A stretch of 64,000 bases of DNA from Camelus dromedarius (Eukaryota). The stretch spans positions 96,350,001 to 96,414,000 of the forward strand of contig NC_087436.1 of NCBI RefSeq assembly GCF_036321535.1. Reading direction: 5' to 3'. The notes beneath the pieces are model-generated. The model worked only from the letters and a program-made list of their open reading frames with translations. It made no database searches and was not told the DNA's origin. This document shows positions 27,765 through 39,254 of the stretch, in pieces (the first letter of the stretch is position 1; every line of letters starts with the position of its first letter). The translations under genes were made by a program, and so were the position numbers.

Positions 27765-28287
27765 TCTATAGCCCTTATCTGCAATTACAAAATCCCTTAA
27801 GTGTTGAAGACAATTTTTTCCCCCCAATTCATGTGGCATCAAAATCTGAAGTGACCTGAGTCACTGGCGGCAAAACCTGACCTTGACGGACAAGAAGCTC
27901 TGGTCCTTATTACCCCACTTAGAGCTCTGTGTCCAACACAGTGGCCAATGGCTGTATGACCCTATTTAAGTCAACTGTTATGAAATGATATTAAAAATTC
28001 AGATTCTTAATACTACTAGTCACATTTCAAAAGCTCTACACCTTAACTAGTAACTAACTAGTAACTGGTGCTTTCATGGAGGACAACGCAGATAAAGACC
28101 CTCCAGCACTGGAGAAAGTTCCACTGCACAACACTGACCTAGTCGTGTTTTCTTAGGAACATATTCATACCTGATTATAGGATATTAATAATAACAATAT
28201 GCACCATTTTCCCCCAAATCTAAAAAATTGTGGAATTGCGAAATTACATCTGGCTCAAAGGGTCAAAGACAAGGGAATACTGGCCTG
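27765..28287 (-). mobile_element. Ancient non-autonomous DNA element (MamRep38-like), interrupted by MER3
   Basis: CCCTTATCTGCAATT...GGCGGCAAAACCTGACC on the left and CATCTGGCTCAAAGGG...AAGGGAATACTGGCCTG on the right. Confidence 0.55.
27926..28136 (-). mobile_element. MER3 (hAT-Charlie) MITE
   Basis: TGTCCAACACAGTGGCCA...AAAATTCAG...CTAGTCACATTTCAA...GAAAGTTCCACTG. Confidence 0.7.
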
Positions 28288-28348
28288 CTTCAGCTTTTAT
28301 TAGTAATAAAGGCAATACTATGGTCTTTCTTCTGCTTTATATTTTACA

Positions 28349-30431
28349 TGTTATGGACTGAAGGATTGTGCCCCCACCCCTAAATTCATAAGTTGAAGCC
28401 CTAACCCTCAATGTGATAGTATTTGAGGGGTGAAAATTTCTCCTTTGGGAGACAATTAGGTTTAGATGGGGTCACGAAGGTGGGACCCCACAATGGGATT
28501 ACTGTCCTTATAAGATGAGACACAAGAATTCTCTCTACACGTGAGGACATGGCTTTGGAGGCCAAGATTGGGGTGATACAGCCACAAGCCCATGGACAAA
28601 TAAACTGGTGAGAAACCAGGAAGAGGCAGAGGAAGGTTTTTCCCCAGAGCCGATAGTGGGGGCACAGCCCTGATGACACCTTGATTTCAGGCCCTGGACT
28701 CCACCATCATAAGACTCTAGAGTTCTGTTGTTGGAAGCCCATCTGTGGTAACTGGTCATGGCCACCCTAGGAAATTAAGACAGATTTTGGTACCAAGAGG
28801 TGGGGTGCTCCTGCAACAAACATCTAAAAATGCAGAAACAGCTTTGGAACTAGGTGATGGGTCGAGGCTGGAAGAGTTTTGAGGTGCATGCTAGAAATAG
28901 CCAAGAATGCCATGAAGAGACGGTTAAAGGTGACTCTGGTGACAGCTCAGGAAGAAAAGAAGAGGGCTGGAGAGAAAGCCCCTCAGAGAGCATATAAATA
29001 ATCGTGATCAGAATATGGATGGCAAAGGCCATCTGGCAACATCTCAGAAATGAAGAAGAGGTCATTAGACAATGGAGAAAAAGTAATTATTATAAAGTGA
29101 CAAAGAACTTGGCTGAACTGTGCTCTGGTACTTTGTGGAAGGTAGAACTTAGAACCAGTGAACTCGGTTATTTAGCTGAGGAAATTTCTAAGTATGTACT
29201 GTGAGAGTGGCTGGGTTTCTCCTGACAGTTTATAGCAAAATGAGAGAGAGATGAATTGAAGTAATAATTGTTAAGCAAAAAGGAATCAGAACTCGATGAT
29301 CTTGAAAACCTTCAACCTATCCATATTGCAAAAAATGTGGAGGTCTGTTCTGAAAAGAATGTTAAGGGTGTGGTCACATAGCTGTTCAGTAAGGAAATGA
29401 GTATGGGTGTGAGTGGACCACAGACCACCCAGCAGAAACATGGCTGGTGTGAGCTGGGGTTAGGTGGAGACAGGATGACAGGAAGGCAGGCTGGCTGACT
29501 TCTTAGGACCTCTAGGACCGGACCACAGGGCTACTGCCTGTGAACACACATTATTTTTCCAGACCAAGGAAGAACAGCCCCACAGGAGATGCAGAGATCA
29601 TCAGGATTGCCTTTTTGGCTTCAAAGTTTGAGGAGAGAGTTACCTGGGCTTCAACAGGGGAGATGGCTTCTGCTTAAAGGCTTCTGCTTCAAAGGAAAAA
29701 AGATTATTCTAGAGCCTTAAGACCCAATGGTATTTTCCTTGCTAGGTTTTAGACTTGCTTAGAACCCTTTATCCCTTTCTTCCTTCCAATTTCTTCTTTT
29801 TGGGATGAGAAAGGTTATCCTGTGCCTGTCCCTTCATTGTATTTTGGAATCACATGACAGATTCGCAGCTGGAGGGGAATTCTGCCTCAGGATGAATCCT
29901 ACCTGGAGTCTCATCTATTATTTAGATGAGACTTTGGGCTTTAGACTTTAGAACAAAGTCTAAAGTCTAGAACAAGATGACTTTTACAACTGTTGGGACG
30001 GAATGTGTGTATTTGGCACGCAAGAAGGATGTGAATTTTGGGGGGTCGGGGGCAAAATGTCATGGATTGCATGTTTGTCTCCCCCCAACCCCCAGTTCAT
30101 ATGGTGAAGCCCTACCCCTCAATGGGAACGTATTTGGAGGTGGGGCCTTTGGGAGGTAATCAGGTTTAGATGGGATCATGAAAGTGAGGTCCCCAGTGTG
30201 AGATTAATGCCCCTATAAGACAAAGAGGACAGACCAGAGCACTCTTCCTCTCTGCCACATGAGGAGACAGTGGGGAGATGGCCATGTGAAAACCAGGAAG
30301 AGGGCCCTGACCAGGAACTGAGTTTGCCCGTGCCTTGACCTTGGACTTTCCAGCCTCCAAAACTGTTAGAAATATCTGTTGTTGAAGCCACTCAGTCTAT
30401 GGTATTTATTACAGCAGCCTGAGCTAAGACG
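28349..30431 (+). mobile_element. Two-LTR MaLR element: 5' LTR 28349-28782, MLT1A-type internal region 28783-30057, 3' LTR 30058-30431
   Basis: TGTTATGGACTGAA...TAAGACA. Internal region starts GATTTTGGTACCAAGAGGTGGGG and ends with a G-rich polypurine tract. 3' LTR TGTCATGGATTGCA...CTAAGACG. Confidence 0.9.
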
Positions 30432-31124
30432 GTGGCTTACTCTCAACTGGTTTAGAATTGAAGCAGAGGAATATTACTTTAAGGACCCTTTGGAATTCAG
30501 TGATAGGGAGAGAACTGTGCAGGCTCCTCTCCTCTGCATATTCATGGACAATTCAATTCAGGCTAATCACAGTGGAGGGTTTTATATGTGCTTTAGAACC
30601 ACTGTTCCAAGGAGGTGTAAGTGCCATTCTGGCAGAGACCGTGGCTAAATGACTAGAGAACTTCCAAGGATTAATAAAGATGCCACAGACAGGATTGTTC
30701 CTTGAGTGGGAGGTGGGACTAGTTGGAGTCCAAGGCCTATCCATGTCAGAGCATCTGGGACAATTACTGCCCCCACACCCCATGATGGTTCCTCTGTCTC
30801 TTTCAGACAGTGGGGACTGGTCAGAGCTATACGTTTTCATAGGAATGTGGCCATCAGAGTTGAGAACACCCTGAAATTTCCTTGAATGTTTCTACAGCTA
30901 CCTTTTCGTGGGGGTGAAGTGGGTCAGGGCATCCATGTTCCCTTCCTTCTGCTCAGCTTCTGCTGGCCATCAAGTTTCAAGACTAAGGCCAGCACTGTCT
31001 ACTATATCCGGCTGATTTTCTCGGCCACGTGGCATAAGACATTTAGAGAAATCTAGCATGAACCTAGGCTGGGCCAAAGAGTACCAAGAGAGATGGTTCA
31101 AGTCACCCGGAAGGCTCCAGCTGG

Positions 31125-31262
31125 TTTCATTCTGCTATATGAGTTCAGGCAACTAGCTTACCCTGGTGCAGCCTCAGTCTTCTCACTTGTAAAATAGGGA
31201 GAACATCCTCTGTTCACCATCCTCACAGGGTTTGAGGATGAAAATCAAATTTAAAATACTAA
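31125..31262 (+). mobile_element. MIR fragment
   Basis: GCCTCAGTCTTCTCACTTGTAAAATAGGGA...CCTCACAGGGTT. Confidence 0.7.
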
Positions 31263-33692
31263 ACGAGCTAGTCTCTGTGAAAATAATTTTTCCATTCTAA
31301 AGACATGTATTATCTTAATTACTGGCAGGGAAAGTCCATACAAGCCTTATAAGGGAATCTATGGAGATCCTTGCTGTATTCGTAAAAGTACTGTGATGAG
31401 TTCAACACAGAGTGCCTTTTACTTAGAGCATGAATTAGATTTCACTTGTAAAGGAAAGCATGAGATAACGTTCTTCGTCTTAATTTGACAGTGGAGAGGC
31501 TCTTGAGTATTGGCCAACAGTCTAGTATTGGATCACACCAAAACACAGCCACTTGCTCCCTGAACCGTATCCATAAAGATTTTACCGTAAAGTACTGCCT
31601 CTGACGGAGCATTTACGAAGATTCCAAAGCTTCATGTTCAGGCCCTAAAAAAATACCCATCTCAGTCTTTTCTATTTAATATACTCTTGGCTCTCCAGTT
31701 GGGATAAAATCTGAAGCCCTGCCCCTATTGCAATTTCTCAGGTAAGAGTCACAATCTGGTCCTTTAAGATCAATGTACAAGCTGCCCAGCTCAGTGACTA
31801 AAAGGCGTGATCTGCTCCTCCCTCTTGTTTGCTTTCCTCAGATTAATATATGGTAAGGTTTTTATGTCAAGAAACTGGAGAAACTATAGAATCACATGTA
31901 CAGGCTTAAGAAAAACAGCATTAATCTTGAATATTAACTCAATATTAAGCTGACTTGATATAAACTATCATTGATTTTTATCTTAGGAATTACAATTTTA
32001 AAGAGTAATTACTAATGGTAACAGAATTTTCAGTCAGTTATTTTAAAAGCAACATGTTTAAAGAGAAATGTAGCAATTTACCTGGTTTTACATCTACACC
32101 TTTGAACACTTCGCAGAAGGGTTTTTTTTAGCTCAGGAAAATTAAAAATTTTAAGACTGAATATTTTCTAACAATTCCCTCAAATACTTTAAAAAGACTT
32201 TATTTTAACAATATTTTTAAAAACAATACTGAAAACTTAAGTGGTAGATTTCCTTAGGTCCTCAAACAGGCTGCATAACTCCATGATTTTCATTATCCAG
32301 ATTTAAGTAAAAAATCCTGTAAAACATTTCCGATAAAAAGGTTTTTAAAGAGTGTACTGCGGCTTCCAAAAAGTCTCCTTAATTATTAAGTTCTGTGAAA
32401 GTGAGTTGTAAACTGATTAAAGCCTTCCCTCAAAAGTATGTAGTTCTAATATTAATCACTGTGGGTTATCTATTTGATTCTTCCCCCAATCCCCTCGTCA
32501 TAATGTGAACTTTACCTGAAATTTCTGCCAGCAGAAATAGTTACTGAAAAGCTACTTTTTAGAAAGTTATTTTTTGTTGGTCCTCTGAATGCTTTTCACA
32601 AGCAACCAGGGCCTTGGGTTTTCAAATGATTCTATCCAATGGCTAAGTGTTAACTTTCTTTCTTCCTTTTACTTCTTTTTCAGACCCAAGGCTTGTTAAG
32701 GTGCAGCAAGTTAGTTTCAGATCTCACATATCTATTTCAGTTTCCAATAAACTCATCTTGGGGCCAAATATCTATTTTTCTAGAAAAGAGCAATTCCCTA
32801 CAGTTTTATCCAGCCTAAGTCAAATGCATCCCACTTCTTCACTTAGTAGGAATGAAAGTTAACATTCAGAACTGAGAACTGAGAAGCCGCGATGAGCAAG
32901 AAATTGACCACCCAGCGATCAGCCGCTGGGGTTTGTGAATACAATACCTCAACAAGTTTTCATTTAGCGCCTACCAGGTGCCCAGCCTTAAGCAGAAACA
33001 CGACTGAGACGGCCAAGTTCTAGACAGGGTGATCTAGCCCAAGGCTCAACTGTAGAGATGAGCTCATCCTAAACACTCCACTGCGAAACCAGCACCGGGC
33101 TGAGCGCCAGCCAGTCCCGGGACCCCACAGAGCGTTTCCCCTCCATCTCTGCGGGTCTTAGGTTCACAAGGGTCCTCTCGGCCTCCTCAAGGCAAAAGAT
33201 ACGACTCGCACAACCGCAAGAGGCGAGCCTCAGGGAAACCCTTGCTCACTTCGCCTCTGCCTGAACAAGAGGCAAAAGAGGGAGCCCCCCCGTTCAGGAA
33301 TCTGCCTAGGCTGAGAGCGAGAGGATCTACTACTTGCGTTTACGATAACCTCGGAAAAGAAACCACTAAAGGAAAGGAAAACGGGGTGGGGGTGGAGGGT
33401 GGCAGGATGGAGCTTCCAGAAGCGTCTGCAAATGCCTCGGACGTTTTTTAGCCCAACCGGGGTAAGTAATCCACAGGGCGAGAAATGGGTCTAAGTCAGC
33501 AGGCAGAAGAGATGAGCGAGAGGAGAAGAAAAGTGACTCAAATCAAATCCCCACGCGCTCAGGCAGCCTCGGTATTAGCTAGAGAAAGGGAGCGCAGGGA
33601 ACGCGTACCCGGCTGTGCCGTGGTATTCTCTCCGGCTCCCCCCGCGTAGACGGATAGAAGGACAGACGGACAAGCCCAAGCAAAGGACTTAC

Positions 33693-33843
33693 CTTCAGGG
33701 TTGGCGCTGATGAAGACCCGGACGCTGCGGCCGGCGGGCACGAGGTGAGAAGGCAGGGCGGTTAGGTTCCCGGAGAAAGCCGCCCGCCGGAGCGCAGAGT
33801 CCCGGGGACAGGGCAGTTTGATGCCCGCACCGGCCGGCCACAT
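33693..33843 (-). CDS. NWD2: NWD2 first coding exon (151 nt): MWPAGAGIKLPCPRDSALRRAAFSGNLTALPSHLVPAGRSVRVFISANPE + 1 nt
   Basis: Peptide matches the remembered N-terminus of mammalian NWD2/KIAA1239. ATG at 33843-33841 in GAGATGT context. Followed by consensus donor AAG|GTAAGT (33692-33687), phase 1. Confidence 0.95.
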
Positions 33844-34723
33844 CTCCCTCAGGGAGAAATAACTGCCGCCTCCTGCTCCTCGGGTTCCTGCCCGCGGCTC
33901 CGCGGAAGGGCTAGGTCGATCCCCGCAGGCGGCACGGCTTAGAGCCGCTCTGAGCCACAGGCGCCGCGGGCGAGCTCCGTGGCGCACACCGCCGGCCAGC
34001 GGAGAGCGGCCATACGGACCCCCGGGCCGCTGTCGCCGCCGCTCCCTGCCCTTTTGGTCTTTTGCCTTCGCTCTCGGCCGGAGCTCAGCGCTGCAGCTAG
34101 CGGGAGCGGGAGGTCAGCGTGGTGGCTGCTACGCGTGCGGCGCCCCTTTGCGCCGGGAAGCGCCCGCGTCGGTCGCCGAGTCCGCGGCCATCTCCCCGCC
34201 CGCGCTCTCGCCCGCGCCCGCCGCGGGAGGAGGGGGCTGTCAACGCGGCCGGGACGGAGTGGGCAAGGAGAGCAGACTAAACTTTATCTAGGAAAGGCGT
34301 CCGGAGTTTATCACAAGCTGCCTCCTGCGGGGCGCAGGAATACCCCCCAACTTAAAGAGCGGCTGGGGCACTGGGGACTCGGGCGAGGGCTGTGAGGGCG
34401 AGCCCGGGCTCTCCTGTCCGTCCCCTCGACGGAGGACAAGAAAGAAATTAGCCTGAGACTTCTGCTACTCTTCCAACTCTAAAGGTCAAACAAGCCCTGA
34501 ACATTTTCGAAAATGCACGCGTGCCAGCATCTGCGCGGTTTTGTCTAAGTGCTGGGATTTCGGCCTCAAAGTTAGACGCATGCACGGAGCTCGGACCCCC
34601 AGGGACTGAAGCATCAAAACTCGGGACCGTCTTGGAGGGAGTATTACTGTCGCCGTTTCTCTTGGCGCAGGTAGCCGCGTCCCGCCGCTCTGCTCGCTCC
34701 CTACGCGCAGCAGAGCGGGGGTT

Positions 34724-34730
34724 TTTTATA
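34724..34730 (-). promoter_or_regulatory. Candidate TATA box (TATAAAA), with a CACGTG E-box at 34747-34752
   Basis: Isolated AT-rich motif CGCTATAAAAAAC on the minus strand within the GC-rich island, oriented toward NWD2. Confidence 0.5.
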
Positions 34731-36719
34731 GCGAAGCAGCGCCGCTCACGTGCTCTTCGCCGCGTGGCCACGGAACCTTTCCAAAAAACCGATATCCGCG
34801 GGGAGCCCTCCTGAGGTCTCTAAGGCTCCGGGGGGGTGGGGGGAGGTCCTTTCTGCTCCCTCCCCGCGCATTCCCAGGCCATTCCTCCAGTCCGGAGGCT
34901 CCAGGGCCAGCCGGACTGGAGGATGCCGGGAACCCCGCGCGGCCTGGCTCATGCCTGAGCACCGCAGGCCCGTGCGGGCTCTGGGGAGCGCCGCCGGCTC
35001 AACGTCTTGCAAAGTGCAGGTGGCCACGGATTGGGGGTAGGTGCGAGAGATCAGAGTTAGCGTTGACTAGCTTTTCCAAGTCCTTGGAAAGCGTGAGTCG
35101 GCTCCACCTGAAGTTGATCCAGCGTGGCCAGAGCCGACGCGGAGCTGCTACCTGGGGTCTGGGCGTGAGGTGGATACAGCAAGAGGTCTGGTCCACATCT
35201 GGGGTGACATGAAATGCAGGACTGAGCCACAGAATTTCCATCTCCGGGCTACACTCCACTGCACCTACTGAAATACTGCAAATCCCTGGGCACGAAAGAA
35301 GACCTCCTAGAATGAGTTGGTGCTGTGGAGTGGGGGAAGGGAGGAGGGCGTGCTTGGAGCCTCACCTGGAGTTTGGTTGAGCTTTAGGGCAAGAATGCCT
35401 TTTAGAGAGGAAGAACAGCTTTTCCAAATCCTTAAAATTGAGGAAGGGGCGGGTGGGCACGGTGTGAGAGGAGCTCGGCTGCAAGTTTTATCCTCTCACC
35501 GGGGGCATCTGCTCTAGGAAGCTCCTGGCCTGCTCCTGGCCTGCACTTCTTCTGGGCCCTGCTGGTGGCAGTGAAGTCATACACACTGCTGTTTATTTTG
35601 ATACCCCCACGGCATCTCCAACACACTTTCTGGCATAACCTTTTTGGAGAATTGGGTCTCTAGGTTTTTAAGGCTGCCTCTCCGCTACTGAGAACAAGGG
35701 GGCAGACAGCAATTCTTACTTTGTAATAATTTGATGCTACCAATAAAGAAGGCTGGAACACGCCCCATGTATTTGTTTAACTGATTCCATTTAGCAAATC
35801 CTTTCTCTCTCCAGCCTCATTACTCCCAGGTGGGAATGCTCTCCAGCAGGAAGAACTCTCTGGAAGCTCTCCTGATGTCCCAGGAGGTATGGACTGAGCT
35901 CTCTGGAAGAGGTTATGAATATACAGTATCTATTACAGTATCATCCATCATGAATATACAGTGTTTCTTACTGGAGAAAGGAGCCAGGACCACTTTATGC
36001 CTGATCTCAATGTTGTTTATAAGACTGATGAGGAGTTGCCAGATTGTAAAGGTCTTGGGTGCCTGCCTTTCTTTCTCTCCGCTGCTCCCCTACCCCTTCT
36101 TATTTGGTGGTTTCTCTCTTAAAAATCGAATTAGTGTTTGTGTCTTCTGACCTTTGCTTCAGACCTCAAAGTGTTTCATTTTCTTAGGATGACTTTGGGA
36201 TTTTTGGCAGCCTCTCTAACCTAATTAGCTGTTCTAGACAGGCCGAAGTTTAGCATCTGCCAGTGTCACTGCAGACCAAGGATGCAGAGGAGAGAGGATT
36301 TCACATTATCTGTGGGGCTGTGATTCAAAAGGCTCCCAGCACAGCCAGCCTTGCATCAGGTAGAGCAGGCTGCTGTCTCTGGGTTTTCAGGAAGATTTCT
36401 ACCCAAGGATACCAGATCAGTGACCCCCCCCCCCCCACACACTTGTATCTTTTTCCATCCCATCTCTTGCTAATATCTAATAGCCCCAAACCAGAGATTC
36501 ATTCATTAGCAGGCTGACGGCATAAGGGAACAGTCACCCATGGTGCTAACACTGTTATGAATTAGCTAGATGTATTTCGCATCCTGGGGAACTGTTGGCT
36601 ACACGAGTGGAGGGTTGGGGAGGGAGAGAGACTGAAAAGGGAAGGAAGGGGGCAGGCATGCAAGTGGAAGGCAGGCCATGACTTATGGCGTGGAGACTGC
36701 TTTGTCTTTATATCTGTTT

Positions 36720-36860
36720 AAACATCTTATAAACATGTTATTATTACTCTCATTTTACACCTGAGAAAACTAAGGCTCAAAAAACAGAAATGACTTGTCC
36801 AAGGTCATATAACTGGTTAATGCTAGAGCTGAGATCCAGGTATTTGGGCCCCTGTCTCAG
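36720..36860 (-). mobile_element. MIR SINE
   Basis: CTCATTTTACACCTGAGAAAACTAAGGCTCA...ATGACTTGTCCAAGGTCA. Confidence 0.8.
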
Positions 36861-36931
36861 TAATCTTTGTAACGTACCACCTCTGTTTTCTAATTTTGCT
36901 CAGGTCTGGCCCTGGCTCACATCTTTAGTAA

Positions 36932-36932
<1 letters not shown>

Positions 36933-36983
<51 letters not shown>

Positions 36984-36988
36984 GAAAA
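36933..36988 (+). repeat. (A)31(GAAAA)5 tract
   Basis: Directly visible. Confidence 0.95.
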
Positions 36989-38789
36989 GGTTGTTCAGCC
37001 CTGTGTTCACAGGTGTGGAAGGCTGGTTATCATATTTCCAAATAGGAAAGCAGGTCTGTGTTCACAAGATCACACAAGGCTAGACTCTTCCAACTTGTAG
37101 GATTTTGATCTAATGACAAAGACCTCCAAACTCCTTGTTTTCTTTGGGCCCTGTTCTTTCCTCACAGGACCACAGGTAAACCCATATCATCTCTGAAGTT
37201 GGCTGGAGCATCTAGAAAATCATCTAGAAATAGGAAGATAAAAGTACATGAAAAATGGGCTTGGTCCCAAGCTTGTGATCAAGAAGTTTTCCCTTCTCCA
37301 CCATCTCACTCACCCCAATTAGCTGGCTAGAGGACCATAAAGAAGTGCCCTATCTTTATAAAACAGTGATACCAGTTCTTGATTAAACAGTGCTGCTCCA
37401 GGGTAAAATTACTGCTAGATCCATCTACTCATAGAGCTAGAAGGAAACTTGTGGTAATGGAATCCAGCTCCCATGGGTATATAGATAATACCCCCTTCCA
37501 CAAAGTAATTTTATAAAGCAGGAAGAAAGAACACTAATGTCTAATAGTATCAATATACTGAACATCTGCAAGCTAGACACTGTGGAAGTCTTTTAATAGG
37601 CATCTCATTTAATCCCACTGTTTCTGGGCTCTGGGCCCAACACCTTTTGTCTCCCCACTTGATGTCCCTTCTTGGACACTGCTGTCCCTTGCATACCTTT
37701 GTGATGTGTGTGCAGGTTACCTGATCCAAAGTCCATGGTATGCAAATAGACCTCACCTACTTCCCTGATTTTTTCCCCAGCTGCATGGCTGTGTCACATG
37801 TCCAGTTTGTCCTGCTTGGATGACAGGGGTGTTGATCATAAAGCACACAACCAGAGTCCCTGTGACTAACTCTGACCCAGTAGAAGGAAGATCTATTACC
37901 CAGTATTTGCCTACTAATACACTCATATTTCTCTACATCAAATCTTCTGGCCTGGGTGCTTCTGGACCAGCGTTCTGCATTTGTCCTGTTGTGGACAGAA
38001 GTGGAAATAGAGCCCCTAGTGTCATAAAGATGACCAAATTAACACACCAGGCTACTCTTATCTCAGGAAATGTAGCCAATGAAGCCATCCGTGTATTTTT
38101 GTTTCCCAAACTTGAAGAAAAATTTAGACTTAATGTTACATGAATGTTCACATTGGCTCCCTGATTTGGGAGATAAATATTTGAATCTTTCTGCAGATGT
38201 AAGAAATGGATTATACAGGGTCACTCAAACAAGGAGTCCAGTTTCCAAAGTTCCAGCTCAGGATCTAATTCAGACCATCAAGAACCCACTTACTTGTTTA
38301 CAAAATGGAAATTTTCAGTTGATGTGAGAATTTGTCAGCATAACAATTTGCCAACAGAGACGGTTGATTCAGAGGTGTCTGCAGCACAACAGAATTCACA
38401 GCAGCTCGGTTTTAAATAAAGTTACACCTTTCTGAAATTGCTGTCTGATGTTTTCATGACTCAGAAATTCTAACTTTATATCCACCCCCTTCCAAATCTG
38501 TTTAATATATTTTTTGATCAGTGTGCCTCTTACAACCTTCTAAACACTTACATTGTTATGAGAGCACAACACATACCGTACCAAGTAGAAGAAAGTAAGG
38601 TAAATTTCTTAATAAAAATCTGTAGATTATTTTATATTTATAAATTAAGTGTTTTATTCTTGTTTTATGATTGCCAAGCTTTTTCCCCCTCCTGACGTTA
38701 ATCGCAAATACAGTCCCTTTAGTCACCCTCTTCTCTCCTGTTCCATCATCTGATACTTATTTGGAGAATTACTTTTTACGAAGCACTTT

Positions 38790-38990
38790 TGTACCTGTCA
38801 ACTTATTTTGATTCTAACCCTGTGAGGTAGGTTCTGGATTTATTATACTCACCCCACCCCTACCATTTTTTTCTAATTTGAAAAAGTGGACCAAGAAGTT
38901 TTAGGGCATGTCCAGGTTCACTCTATTGGTAGATGGCAAAGCCAGGCTCAAAACTAGATCTCTGAATACTGAACTGTAGCTTAATTATAA
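38790..38990 (-). mobile_element. MIR fragment
   Basis: AACCCTGTGAGGTAGG...GATGGCAAAGCCAGGCTCAAAACTAGATCT. Confidence 0.6.
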
Positions 38991-39254
38991 TATACCACAT
39001 GGCTACCAACATAATAACAAGATCCAAATTGATGGACATGATTTGCACTTTCTATATATTTTATATTGGTTGTTAGGAAAATCAAACAGTATAAGGTATA
39101 AAACACTCTACTTGGATGACAATGTTACCTACATTGCCTATTTACATTGATTTTTTAAAAATTTTATTGTGTAAAAGCTAAATTCCATATCCTTTAATTC
39201 TATTAACAGCTCAGCTTTATAGATGGGTACAAGAGGCTCAGAGAGTTTAAATGA

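Larger units (their letters stand above)
1..33692 (-). other. NWD2: NWD2 intron 1 (partial, continues beyond the window start)
   Basis: Begins at the GT donor at 33692. I saw no sequence encoding the expected continuation (DTGAERQALRE...) in the window. Confidence 0.75.
33050..35300. promoter_or_regulatory. NWD2: CpG island / NWD2 promoter region
   Basis: Abrupt rise in GC and CpG density relative to the CpG-depleted flanks; spans the first coding exon. Confidence 0.92.

Noticed and set aside
33559..33987. 142-aa ORF as a complete protein, or a GTG/CTG-initiated N-terminal extension of NWD2
   Set aside because: Only residues 49-98 match NWD2 and the rest reads through the splice donor. The upstream open frame (to a stop at 34116-34114) is expected in GC-rich DNA.
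33979..35259. Several Arg/Ala/Pro-rich ORFs on both strands
   Set aside because: Artefact of stop-codon scarcity in the CpG island.
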